Made by a program: the position numbers and the translations under genes. From Flavobacterium sp. (GTDB lineage: Bacteria; Bacteroidota; Bacteroidia; Flavobacteriales; Flavobacteriaceae), in NCBI GenBank assembly GCA_030153045.1, contig JASLID010000002.1, positions 734 through 64,733 on the forward strand: a DNA stretch of 64,000 bases. The letters run 5' to 3'. Under the pieces are notes generated by a model that saw only the letters and a program-made list of their open reading frames with translations, searched no databases and had not been told where the DNA came from. Within the stretch, counting starts at the first letter, position 1. Each line of letters opens with the position of its first letter. Positions 49,701-58,782 of the stretch are shown in pieces.

Positions 49701-50858
49701 TTACTCTACCCATGATTTATAATATTGACCATCGTCTAATCCCATGGCTTCTTCGGTCACCATTAAAGGGCGGAATGTATCGACCATTACAGCTAATTCT
49801 TGTGTGATGGTTTGACCAATACTTCTTTCCATAGCGCCTGGTGCTGGTCCGTGAGGAATTCCTTTTGGATGCAAGGTGATATGACCTTGTTCGATATTGT
49901 TTCGGCTCATAAAGTCACCATCTACATAATATAAGACCTCATCACTATCAATATTACTATGATTGTATGGTGCCGGAATTGATTTTGGATGGTAATCATA
50001 CAAACGCGGACAGAACGAACACACTACGAAAGTAGCCGTTTCGAACGTTTGGTGTACTGGAGGCGGTTGGTGAACACGTCCCGTAATAGGTTCGAAGTTG
50101 TGAATGCTGAATCCGTATGGGAAATTATAACCGTCCCAACCAATCACGTCAAAAGGATGCGTAGCGTAAACCACTTCGTGGATCATGCCTTCTTTTTTGA
50201 TTTTGATAAGGAAGTCGCCTTTTTGGTCGTAGGTTTCAATTTCATTCGGTAAAATAAAATCACGCTCACAAAATGGAGAATGTTCTAAATGTTGCCCTGA
50301 GTTGTTTTTGTAGCGCTTTGGCGTATAAAAAGGCGTATAAGATTCTACATAGAATAATCGATTCTCTGATGTTTCGAAATCGATTTGATAAATCATTCCA
50401 CGAGGAATAATCAGATAATCACCGTATTCGAATGGGATATTGCCCATCATCGTGCGTAGTTTTCCTTTTCCTTTGTGGATGAAAATCATTTCATCGGCAT
50501 CGGCATTTTTATAGAAATAATCGCGTAATGATTTTTTGGGCGCAGCTAAACCAATGACACAGTCTTTGTTGACTAACATGGCTTTGCGGCTATCTAGAAA
50601 ATCGTCTTCAGGTTTTAGTTCAAAACCTTTTAATAATAGTGACTTGATGTTTTTTCCGATGGCGATTTTAGGCTCCACCGAATACGATTTTAGAATTTCT
50701 TTGACCTGTGTTGGCCTATGAACATGGTATAATAAGGAAGAATGTCCGTGAAAACCTTCTGTTCCAAAAAGCTGTTCGTAGTATAACCCTCCGTTGGGTT
50801 TTTCGAATTGTGTATGTCTTTTTTGAGGGAAATCCCCTAATTTATGATATAGTGGCAT
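49701..50858 (-). CDS. hmgA: homogentisate 1,2-dioxygenase
   Basis: 385 aa. Cupin-type HGD with conserved His/Glu contexts (..YVESYTPF.., ..HPKGIPHGP..). Lies immediately upstream of hppD. Confidence 0.88.
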   Translation of the reverse strand: MPLYHKLGDFPQKRHTQFEKPNGGLYYEQLFGTEGFHGHSSLLYHVHRPTQVKEILKSYSVEPKIAIGKNIKSLLLKGFELKPEDDFLDSRKAMLVNKDCVIGLAAPKKSLRDYFYKNADADEMIFIHKGKGKLRTMMGNIPFEYGDYLIIPRGMIYQIDFETSENRLFYVESYTPFYTPKRYKNNSGQHLEHSPFCERDFILPNEIETYDQKGDFLIKIKKEGMIHEVVYATHPFDVIGWDGYNFPYGFSIHNFEPITGRVHQPPPVHQTFETATFVVCSFCPRLYDYHPKSIPAPYNHSNIDSDEVLYYVDGDFMSRNNIEQGHITLHPKGIPHGPAPGAMERSIGQTITQELAVMVDTFRPLMVTEEAMGLDDGQYYKSWVE

Positions 50859-51042
50859 GATTTGAAATTAATGAATTATAAATTATGAATTACAAATTGG
50901 CATAATTCTATATCTCATTCAGGATTTCTCTTGATGAGGAATTTAAGTAAGTCTAATAAACCTGTCCATGACGTAACCATTACACAAATATCGGAAAAAT
51001 TTCACTTTTGACCTTATTTCTTTTAAAATATTTACAAAAGAG

Positions 51043-51084
51043 AAAAGGCATTAAAAAGTGACGAATCGCTTTTTAATGCCTTTT
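51043..51084 (-). terminator. intrinsic terminator after the amino acid permease gene
   Basis: 16-bp stem AAAAGGCATTAAAAAG/CTTTTTAATGCCTTTT with a 10-nt loop. Confidence 0.7.
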
Positions 51085-51101
51085 ATAATATTTATTGAGT
51101 T

Positions 51102-52589
51102 TTACTCTTCTTTATCTTTTTCAGAATTGTTCAAAACACTGTTTTTCTTTCCGTATAAGAAATAAATTGCCAATCCAATAGCCAACCATCCTGCTAATCG
51201 CAACCAGTTAGTCCATCCCAATCCTGCAATCATAGCCAAACACACACCTACTCCAAGAATTGGAACCAAAGGCACGAAAGGTGTTTTGAATTCTCTTTTC
51301 ATATCTGGATGTGTTTTTCTCAAAACTATTACAGAAATACAAACTAAGATGAATGCGAATAATGTTCCAATACTTGTCATATCACCTACGATATCTCCTG
51401 GAACGAAGGCAGCAAACAAGCCTACAATTACCATGATTGCTAAATTTGCCTTGTATGGTGTTTTGTATTTTGAATGTAAATCACCGAATGCTTTTGGTAA
51501 CAAACCATCTTTACCCATAGAGTAAAAAACACGTGATTGTCCTAACAACATCACTAATATTACTGATGTAAATCCAAATAAAATAGCTACTGTTACAAAC
51601 TGTGCCAACCATTCATAACCTGGCATCGCAGAAGTAATTGCATTAGCTACAGAAGCTTCCTTTCCACCTGTTCTAAAAAACTCTACTGATTCTAGACCAG
51701 TTAAAACGTGAGCAAAAAGGATGTATAAAATAGTACATACTGCTAATGATCCTAAAATACCAATTGGCATATCGCGTTTTGGATTTTTTGTCTCTTGTGC
51801 TGCGGTACTTACTGCATCGAAACCAATGAATGCAAAAAACACAGTTCCTGCCGCTCCAAGGATTCCCCAAACACCTCCAAAACTATGACCAATCCCATGT
51901 TCATCTACAAAAACAGACGGTTGAGGAATATAAGGTGTGTGATTTGCTGGACTAATAAAATTCCAACCTAATACAATAATTAAAACTACAATAGAAACTT
52001 TCACAATAACAATTAAGCTATTTACAAATGCTGATTCTTGTGTTCCTTTAATTAAAAGTAAACTAATCACTGCCACAATAAACAATGCTGGCAAGTTGAT
52101 GATTCCGCTTACTCCGTCAGGAGAAGTTTGAAATGGAGAGTGGCACAATTGATAAGGGATTGGACTCACATGAAGCACATTGACCAGTAAATTATTAAGG
52201 TATTCACTCCAGGCAATTCCTACAGTTGCTGCTCCTACAGCATATTCAAGAATTAAATCCCATCCAATAATCCATGCTAACAATTCTCCCATTGTTGCAT
52301 AAGTATATGTATAAGCACTACCAGCGATTGGAATAGACGAAGAAAGTTCGGCATAACACAATCCTGCTAATGCACAACCAATAGCCGCTACAATAAATCC
52401 AATAGTTACAGATGGTCCTGCACTTTGAGCTGCTGCTGTTGCTGTTCTAACAAAAAGTCCAGCTCCAATAATAGCTCCAATTCCTAGCGCTACAAGCGAC
52501 CAGGCTGTTAATGTTCTTTTTAATCCTTTTTCAGATTCTGACGCTTCTGCAAGTAATAGCGCCATTGATTTTCTTTTCCAAATAGACAT
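51102..52589 (-). CDS. APC-superfamily amino acid permease
   Basis: 495 aa with about 12-13 TM helices and an N-terminal pattern typical of cationic/amino-acid transporters (GIGAIIGAGLFV). Confidence 0.88.
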   Translation of the reverse strand: MSIWKRKSMALLLAEASESEKGLKRTLTAWSLVALGIGAIIGAGLFVRTATAAAQSAGPSVTIGFIVAAIGCALAGLCYAELSSSIPIAGSAYTYTYATMGELLAWIIGWDLILEYAVGAATVGIAWSEYLNNLLVNVLHVSPIPYQLCHSPFQTSPDGVSGIINLPALFIVAVISLLLIKGTQESAFVNSLIVIVKVSIVVLIIVLGWNFISPANHTPYIPQPSVFVDEHGIGHSFGGVWGILGAAGTVFFAFIGFDAVSTAAQETKNPKRDMPIGILGSLAVCTILYILFAHVLTGLESVEFFRTGGKEASVANAITSAMPGYEWLAQFVTVAILFGFTSVILVMLLGQSRVFYSMGKDGLLPKAFGDLHSKYKTPYKANLAIMVIVGLFAAFVPGDIVGDMTSIGTLFAFILVCISVIVLRKTHPDMKREFKTPFVPLVPILGVGVCLAMIAGLGWTNWLRLAGWLAIGLAIYFLYGKKNSVLNNSEKDKEE

Positions 52590-52691
52590 AAAAATAAATG
52601 TTTGGTTTTTAGTGTCCCAAAAATAGACTTTTTTAAAAACAATTACGTAAAAAAAATGCTTTTCTGAATTATATTTAACAAAATCGCTTTT

Positions 52692-54872
52692 TTAAAACCA
52701 AAAACCAACACTAAACCATGTATAATGCATTTTTGTATCAGGCGACCAACTGTGTTTTATTTCAATAGGGCCAATAAGTGATTCTAAACCATATCCGAAA
52801 GCATACCCATTATAGGTTGGATTAGAAATCCATTCTTTGCTGTCAAATATTTTAAATCCGATGTTGGCATAGTTTGCCGTAAAATTGACGTGGTTTTTCT
52901 TCGCAATTTCATAATCTAAACCAATACTACCCTTTACATAACTATCACCAGAGATATCTAAAAAGTTGTATCCAAAAAATGGTTTGAAATTGTTAAACTT
53001 ATGAAAGCCATAACCTCCTAAAGCAAAATCAAATATGTGATTGAGGTTTTCTCCCACGGTAAACCCTCCTTCTGATTGAATTTTGACTGATATTTTCTTG
53101 AAAAATGTATGAACAACAGCTACGTCTGCTTTAAAAATGGACATTTTGGTGAAATTGTTATTCAAATCTGAAGAATATAAAGGCATTTGGAAGTCCCCAT
53201 AAAAATACCACCCTTTTTTAGGGAAATATTTATTACTAAACGAATCGAATTTTAAAAACCCTAGAGCCGACAAATAAGTACTATTGTCTATCGTATAAGA
53301 AAGACTTTGTGTATCGTTTGAAAAAATATTTAAATATTTATGCTCTAAACCTCCTCCTACTAAGAACTTTTGAGCAAAAATGGTTTGCACGTAGGCTTGA
53401 TTTGAGATATCGTTATAATCGATATCAATACTTTTTGTACTTAGTGCATTTATAACTTGTCCTCCAGTAAAATCGGTTTTACTACTTTTATTAAACTGGT
53501 TAAACTTTGATTTGAATCCGAAGCTCCAATGAAAACCATTATCAATATAATAATCTAGATTATACCTTACATTATCTCCCAATATCAAATCGAAAGAACC
53601 CACATCGTTTTTAAACAACAAATTCTTTTTCGTAAAATTGATCAATGCACTCGATTTGAACAAATCATCATAATGCACTCCCAACTTAATGAATGTTTTT
53701 ACCGGGTTTTCCTTCAAGTTCATAATTAAAACATCATTGTTTCCCGCTTGTTCTAATTTATAATTTATGGAGCTAAAATTTTGTGTGGCATTTAAATTAT
53801 TTACCCCACTGTTCAAATCGTTATAGGTAATTTTACTCCCTGGTTTGAAACGAAGTTTTCCCAAAACATAAGAACGGGTATAATTTCTATTCCCATTAAT
53901 CCCTATCCCTTCAATATTTAATGTGTCCATTTTATTGAAGTTCAATTTTGGACGGACATAATTGCTTCCTAATTTTTGAAGCTTATCCTTTACCAACAAG
54001 CCCGCTTCAACGCCACTTTGCACAATTTTTTTTCCTTGGTCGAATGAAATTACAGTATAGCCTTCAATATTAGGTTTAATGTACAAATCGGTTAGTTCTC
54101 TTTTGGCTTTCATTCTTTCGATCATTTCAAAGTTTGAAATTTGAACTAGAACTCCAGTCGCACCATTAATATTATCTATGGTTTTTAATCCGTCTTGTAC
54201 GTCGACTCCAATAATGATATCGGCACCCATTTTTCTAACTTCTTCCACTGGGTAATTGTTCGTTACTCCACCATCTATATAATAATCACCATCTATTTCT
54301 ATTGGAGAAAACAGTGACGGGAAAGCACCACTAGCTACCAAACACAACGGCAACGAACCTTCTCTAAAAACAACTTCTTTACCCGTTTCTACATTAGTGG
54401 CAATACATATAAAAGGCGTTTTTAATTTACTGAAATCTTTAACATGTCGTAAATTATGATTTAACTTACTCAACATGTTGTAATTATTCAACCCTTTTGA
54501 AAGTCCTTTAGGTACTGATATTTTTAAGTTTTGAAACGGAAGTGTTATAGCATATATCTCGTCGTTTTGCTTTTCGTAAAAGGTTTTATTGTTTCGGGGT
54601 ACAAAATCCTGAATTAGTTCGTCGAAATTGGTTTCGTTAAAAATAGAATCCAATTCATTTGCCGAATAACCCGAAGCGTACAATCCGCCAACGATGGCAC
54701 CCATACTGGTTCCACCGATGTAGTCTATTTTTATTCCGGCTTTTTCAATTTCTTTTAAAACCCCAATATGCGCTAATCCTTTGGCGCCACCTCCGCTTAA
54801 AACCAATCCTATTTTTGGCTTTTTTGGGGTGCTTTGTGCGTTTGAAGCAATAGGCAAAAGGCAAAAAGTCAT
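52692..54872 (-). CDS. patatin-like phospholipase fused to an Omp85/surface-antigen-type beta-barrel (PlpD-like architecture)
   Basis: GGGAKG oxyanion motif, GTSMG nucleophile elbow, catalytic Asp in IDGGV, a long beta-rich C-terminal half, and a terminal aromatic residue (..VGFWF). The start is uncertain: the ORF track start at 55034 (TTG) reads through an intergenic repeat, and the first in-frame ATG is at 54872. Confidence 0.8.
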   Translation of the reverse strand: MTFCLLPIASNAQSTPKKPKIGLVLSGGGAKGLAHIGVLKEIEKAGIKIDYIGGTSMGAIVGGLYASGYSANELDSIFNETNFDELIQDFVPRNNKTFYEKQNDEIYAITLPFQNLKISVPKGLSKGLNNYNMLSKLNHNLRHVKDFSKLKTPFICIATNVETGKEVVFREGSLPLCLVASGAFPSLFSPIEIDGDYYIDGGVTNNYPVEEVRKMGADIIIGVDVQDGLKTIDNINGATGVLVQISNFEMIERMKAKRELTDLYIKPNIEGYTVISFDQGKKIVQSGVEAGLLVKDKLQKLGSNYVRPKLNFNKMDTLNIEGIGINGNRNYTRSYVLGKLRFKPGSKITYNDLNSGVNNLNATQNFSSINYKLEQAGNNDVLIMNLKENPVKTFIKLGVHYDDLFKSSALINFTKKNLLFKNDVGSFDLILGDNVRYNLDYYIDNGFHWSFGFKSKFNQFNKSSKTDFTGGQVINALSTKSIDIDYNDISNQAYVQTIFAQKFLVGGGLEHKYLNIFSNDTQSLSYTIDNSTYLSALGFLKFDSFSNKYFPKKGWYFYGDFQMPLYSSDLNNNFTKMSIFKADVAVVHTFFKKISVKIQSEGGFTVGENLNHIFDFALGGYGFHKFNNFKPFFGYNFLDISGDSYVKGSIGLDYEIAKKNHVNFTANYANIGFKIFDSKEWISNPTYNGYAFGYGLESLIGPIEIKHSWSPDTKMHYTWFSVGFWF

Positions 54873-54899
54873 AAACAAACACAAAAGACCATAGCTTTT

Positions 54900-55017
54900 T
54901 AGCCTCGATAGAGCCGATATCCTCGTATCTCGTTTTTGGAACGAGAGAAGAGATAAAGGCGACCCGAGCAAAAGCGAATTGGCGAAGCAAAGCGGGAAAA
55001 TGGATGGCAAGGAATGC
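54900..55017. repeat. related, more divergent hairpin repeat, copy C
   Basis: TAGCCTCGATAGAGCCGAT-ATCCTCGTATCTCGTT..loop..AACGAGAGAAGAGAT-AAAGGCGACCCGAGCAAAAGCGAA... It has the same left arm, the same ATCC stem start and the same AGAT stem end, with a longer purine-rich right arm. Confidence 0.55.
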
Positions 55018-55043
55018 TTATACATGCGCTTCAAAATAAGTTT

Positions 55044-56840
55044 TTAGGTATTTGTCTTGTAAAAGTCGGTAATTTTTTTGGCTTTTGAAAGTCCTACGAC
55101 ATCAGAAATTTCCTTTTCTGTGGCTAATTTTAATCTTTTAACGCTTTTGAAATGTTTTATTAATGTTTCCATGGTTTTTTCGCCAATGCCTGGAATATTT
55201 TCCATGGAAGAATTGAGTGCCGATTTGCTTCTTTTATCTCGATGAAAGGTGATTCCGAATCGGTGTGCTTCGTTTCGCAATTGCTGAATCACTTTTAGTG
55301 TCTCCGATTTTTTATCTAAATACAACGGCGCGGAATCGCCGGGATAAAACAATTCTTCCAATCGTTTAGCAATCCCGATAATAGCAATTTTGCCGCGCAG
55401 TCCTAAATCGTCGATACTTTTTAATGCCGATGACAATTGCCCTTTTCCACCATCGATGATGATTAATTGGGGTAATGGTTCATTTTCATCCAATAATCTT
55501 TTGTAACGACGGTACACAACTTCTTCCATTGAAGCAAAATCATTGGGTCCTTCGACGGTTTTGATATTAAAATGGCGGTAGTCTTTTTTACTGGGTTTTC
55601 CGTCTTTAAAAACCACACAGGCTGCCACGGGATTGGTTCCTTGAATATTCGAGTTATCAAAACATTCGATATGACGAGGTTCAACGCTCAATCGCAAATC
55701 TTTTTGCATTTGCGCCATGATGCGATTGGTATGTCGGTCTGGGTCGACAATTTGCAGTTGTTTGAGTTGTTCGATGCGGTAGAATTTGGCATTTCGGATA
55801 GACAACTCGAGAATTTGCTTTTTATCGCCCAATTGTGGCACAGTGATTTTAAGATTTTCGCCTACTTGGACTTCAAAGGGGACAATAATTTCTTTAGATA
55901 ACAATTGGAAACGCTCGCGAAGTTCGATAATGGCCAATTCTAACAATTCCTCATCGGTTTCATCGAGTTTCTTTTTAATTTCTAACGTATGGGAGCGGAT
56001 AATCGAACCGTGGGAAATTTGAAGAAAATTGACAAACGCCGCTGCCTCATCTGACACGATAGAAAACACATCAATGTTGGTGATTTTCGGATTGATAATG
56101 GTAGAACGCGATTGATAATTCTCTAAAACATCGATTTTTTCTTTGATTTTTTGTGCTTCTTCAAACTTCATGTCGGAAGCCAAATCACTCATTAGTTTTT
56201 TAAAGTCTTTCAAGCTTTCTTTGAAATTTCCTTTTAGGATTTCGCGAATTGCATTGACTTGTTTTTGATAGTTTTCTAACGACTCTAATCCTTCACAAGG
56301 TCCTTTACAATTGCCAATATGGTATTCCAAACACACTTTAAATTTTCCGGAATCGATATTGGCTTTACTCAAATCGAAGTTGCAAGTACGCAAAGGATAC
56401 AATTCTTTGATTAAATCCAAAATAGTGTGTACTGTTTTGAAACTGGTATAAGGTCCAAAATATTCTGACCCGTCTTTGATCATTTTCCGGGTGGAAAATA
56501 TGCGGGGGAAACGTTCGTTTTTAATACAAATCCAAGGATAGGTTTTGTCGTCGCGCAACAAGACATTGTATCGTGGCTGTAGGGTTTTTATCAGGTTGTT
56601 TTCCAACAAAAGCGCATCGGTTTCGGTGGGAACAACAATGTGTTTGATGGAAACAATTTTTTTGACTAAAACATTAGTCTTAGCGTTGTCATGCAATTTG
56701 TTGAAATAAGAGCCAACGCGTTTTTTGATGTTTTTGGCTTTTCCAACATATAGAATTTTCCCTTCTTTATCATAATACTGATACACGCCCGGGTTATCCG
56801 GCAAGGTTTGTATTTGAAGTTCTAAAGACGAAAGGGCCAT
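55044..56840 (-). CDS. uvrC: excinuclease ABC subunit C
   Basis: GIY-YIG N-terminus (PGVYQYYDKEGKILYVGKA), UvrBC domain and a C-terminal (HhH)2. The ATG at 56840 is preferred over the TTG at 56861. Confidence 0.92.
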   Translation of the reverse strand: MALSSLELQIQTLPDNPGVYQYYDKEGKILYVGKAKNIKKRVGSYFNKLHDNAKTNVLVKKIVSIKHIVVPTETDALLLENNLIKTLQPRYNVLLRDDKTYPWICIKNERFPRIFSTRKMIKDGSEYFGPYTSFKTVHTILDLIKELYPLRTCNFDLSKANIDSGKFKVCLEYHIGNCKGPCEGLESLENYQKQVNAIREILKGNFKESLKDFKKLMSDLASDMKFEEAQKIKEKIDVLENYQSRSTIINPKITNIDVFSIVSDEAAAFVNFLQISHGSIIRSHTLEIKKKLDETDEELLELAIIELRERFQLLSKEIIVPFEVQVGENLKITVPQLGDKKQILELSIRNAKFYRIEQLKQLQIVDPDRHTNRIMAQMQKDLRLSVEPRHIECFDNSNIQGTNPVAACVVFKDGKPSKKDYRHFNIKTVEGPNDFASMEEVVYRRYKRLLDENEPLPQLIIIDGGKGQLSSALKSIDDLGLRGKIAIIGIAKRLEELFYPGDSAPLYLDKKSETLKVIQQLRNEAHRFGITFHRDKRSKSALNSSMENIPGIGEKTMETLIKHFKSVKRLKLATEKEISDVVGLSKAKKITDFYKTNT

Positions 56841-56963
56841 TTGGAGTTTTATATTCCTCAAATTTACAAATTAGTTGAAAGGAAAAGAAAAACAACTCAT
56901 AATTTATAATTCATAACACATCATTATTTCACATAATTCTATATTTTAGCGTTTTAGCCTACT

Positions 56964-57941
56964 ATGACCCAGCACGAGCACAAAAGCATTACAATTTTAA
57001 AGGAGACCATTTTGCCTGGAGAAAGCAAAACCATCAACATGGAAATTGCTAAGCTTCACACCATGACCAAGCTTAAAATCCCCATTATTGTGGAACGTTC
57101 TAAATTTAAAGGACCTACAATTCTACTGACGGCAGGTTTGCATGGTGACGAAATTAATGGGATTGAAATTGTACGTCAGTTGATTGTTCAAAAAATCAAC
57201 AAACCAAAAATTGGGACTATTATATGTATTCCGGTGATTAATGTCTTTGGTTTTGTAAATCAGACGCGTGAATTTCCAGACAAACGAGATTTGAATCGTG
57301 TCTTTCCGGGAAGTAAAACCGGATCTTTGGCCAGTCGTTTTGCCTATTATTTACTGAAAGAAATTATTCCACATGTAGATTACGCGATCGATTTTCATGC
57401 CGGTGGCGCGAGCCGATTTAATGCTGCACAAGTCCGAATTGTTCCAGACAATCCAGAGTTGAAAGCATTGGCCGATGTTTTTCATGCGCCTTTTGCCTTA
57501 TATTCGAAGAATATTAATGGATCATTTCGTAATTCATGCGACAAATTAGGTGTAAAGATGCTGTTGTTTGAAGGCGGAAAATCGATTGATATTAATGAAG
57601 ACATCACCCAACAGGGGGTGGAAGGAGCAAAACGTGTTTTGCATCATTTTGGAATGTTGAACTCGAGAAAAAAAGCATCCAAAGCTGAAAATAAAACCAT
57701 TTATATTGAAAAATCAAATTGGATTAGAGCAAAATATTCCGGTATGTTTCATGGTTATACAGAAATAGGTAGTTTTGTAGAAAAAGGAAGTGTCTTGGCT
57801 ACCATTTCAGATCCTTATGGTAAAATTGAACACAAAGTAAAATCGCCCAATTCAGGGTATATAATTAATGTAAATGATGCACCTATTGTATATCAAGGAG
57901 ATGCCATTTACCACATTTCAACAGAAATAGAAAATGAATAA
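56964..57941 (+). CDS. succinylglutamate desuccinylase/aspartoacylase family zinc deacylase
   Basis: 325 aa. Zinc-ligand contexts GLHGDEING and DFHAGG. Confidence 0.82.
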   Translation: MTQHEHKSITILKETILPGESKTINMEIAKLHTMTKLKIPIIVERSKFKGPTILLTAGLHGDEINGIEIVRQLIVQKINKPKIGTIICIPVINVFGFVNQTREFPDKRDLNRVFPGSKTGSLASRFAYYLLKEIIPHVDYAIDFHAGGASRFNAAQVRIVPDNPELKALADVFHAPFALYSKNINGSFRNSCDKLGVKMLLFEGGKSIDINEDITQQGVEGAKRVLHHFGMLNSRKKASKAENKTIYIEKSNWIRAKYSGMFHGYTEIGSFVEKGSVLATISDPYGKIEHKVKSPNSGYIINVNDAPIVYQGDAIYHISTEIENE

Positions 57942-58497
57942 ACAAGAACTTCGAATTGCCTACAAAACACATCGCAAACAACTTACTTTCGATCAACTCA
58001 TGGATTCCAGCTTGGCTATTGCCAATAATTGTTTGTCACTACCTATTTGGGATAAAACCTATTTTCATTTGTTTTTACCCATTGAAGCACAACTAGAAAT
58101 TAATACCGAATTTTTACTGCAAATATTAGCCGGAAAAGACAAAGAAGTCATTGTTTCAAAATCGGATTTCGACACCAAAAAAATGACCCATTTTTTATTG
58201 ACCGACAATACGAAACTAAAAGTAAATCAATATGGAATTCCAGAACCTATTGACGGCATAGAAGTCCCATCTCATAAAATTGATGTCGTTTTTGTTCCGC
58301 TTTTAGCCTATGATAAAAATGGAAACAGAGTGGGATATGGCAAAGGCTTTTATGATTTGTTTCTTTCCGAATGCAAACCAGAAACAATTAAAATAGGTCT
58401 TTCTTTTTTTGAACCAGAAGAAAATATCACTGACATTTTGGAAAATGATATTAAATTAGATTTTTGTGTTACTCCTGAGACAATTTATCAATTTTAA
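57934..58497 (+). CDS. 5-formyltetrahydrofolate cyclo-ligase
   Basis: 187 aa. VFVPLLAYDKNGNRVGYGKGFYD motif. Overlaps the upstream gene by 8 nt. Confidence 0.85.
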   Translation: MNKQELRIAYKTHRKQLTFDQLMDSSLAIANNCLSLPIWDKTYFHLFLPIEAQLEINTEFLLQILAGKDKEVIVSKSDFDTKKMTHFLLTDNTKLKVNQYGIPEPIDGIEVPSHKIDVVFVPLLAYDKNGNRVGYGKGFYDLFLSECKPETIKIGLSFFEPEENITDILENDIKLDFCVTPETIYQF

Positions 58498-58522
58498 TTT
58501 ATATTAGCAAAAATTTAATTTT

Positions 58523-58720
58523 ATGAAAAGTTTAAAACCCAAATTTATCCTTTCGCTTCTGTTTTTTGTTTTGATTTCAACTTGTTTCACTAGTTGTCAT
58601 GTTCATCATCCAAGACACAGAACTGTTGTTGTAAAACACAAGCACCTACCTCCGGGTCATGCTAAAAAGATTTCTGGTGACAAAAGCGCTAGAAGACATG
58701 CGCCAGGTCATCGTAGATAA
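58523..58720 (+). CDS. His/Arg/Lys-rich mini-lipoprotein (hypothetical)
   Basis: 65 aa. Signal plus lipobox (..LISTCFTSC). In the 40 residues after the lipobox Cys, 9 are His, 6 Arg and 5 Lys. Followed by a strong terminator at 58727-58757. Confidence 0.5.
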   Translation: MKSLKPKFILSLLFFVLISTCFTSCHVHHPRHRTVVVKHKHLPPGHAKKISGDKSARRHAPGHRR

Positions 58721-58726
58721 AATCAA

Positions 58727-58757
58727 TAAAAAACACGCTAATTAGCGTGTTTTTTTA
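58727..58757. terminator. bidirectional terminator between the mini-lipoprotein gene and convergent lspA
   Basis: Stem AAAACACGCTA/TAGCGTGTTTT, flanked by an A-run and a T-run. Confidence 0.75.
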
Positions 58758-58782
58758 TCTGTAAATATCAAATTATTAGTAT

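Noticed and set aside
54873-55034. N-terminal 54 codons of the 780-aa patatin ORF as real coding sequence
   Set aside because: The region is an intergenic repeat copy and starts at a TTG 10 nt from the uvrC stop. The peptide is not signal-like, and a proper signal-like segment follows it.
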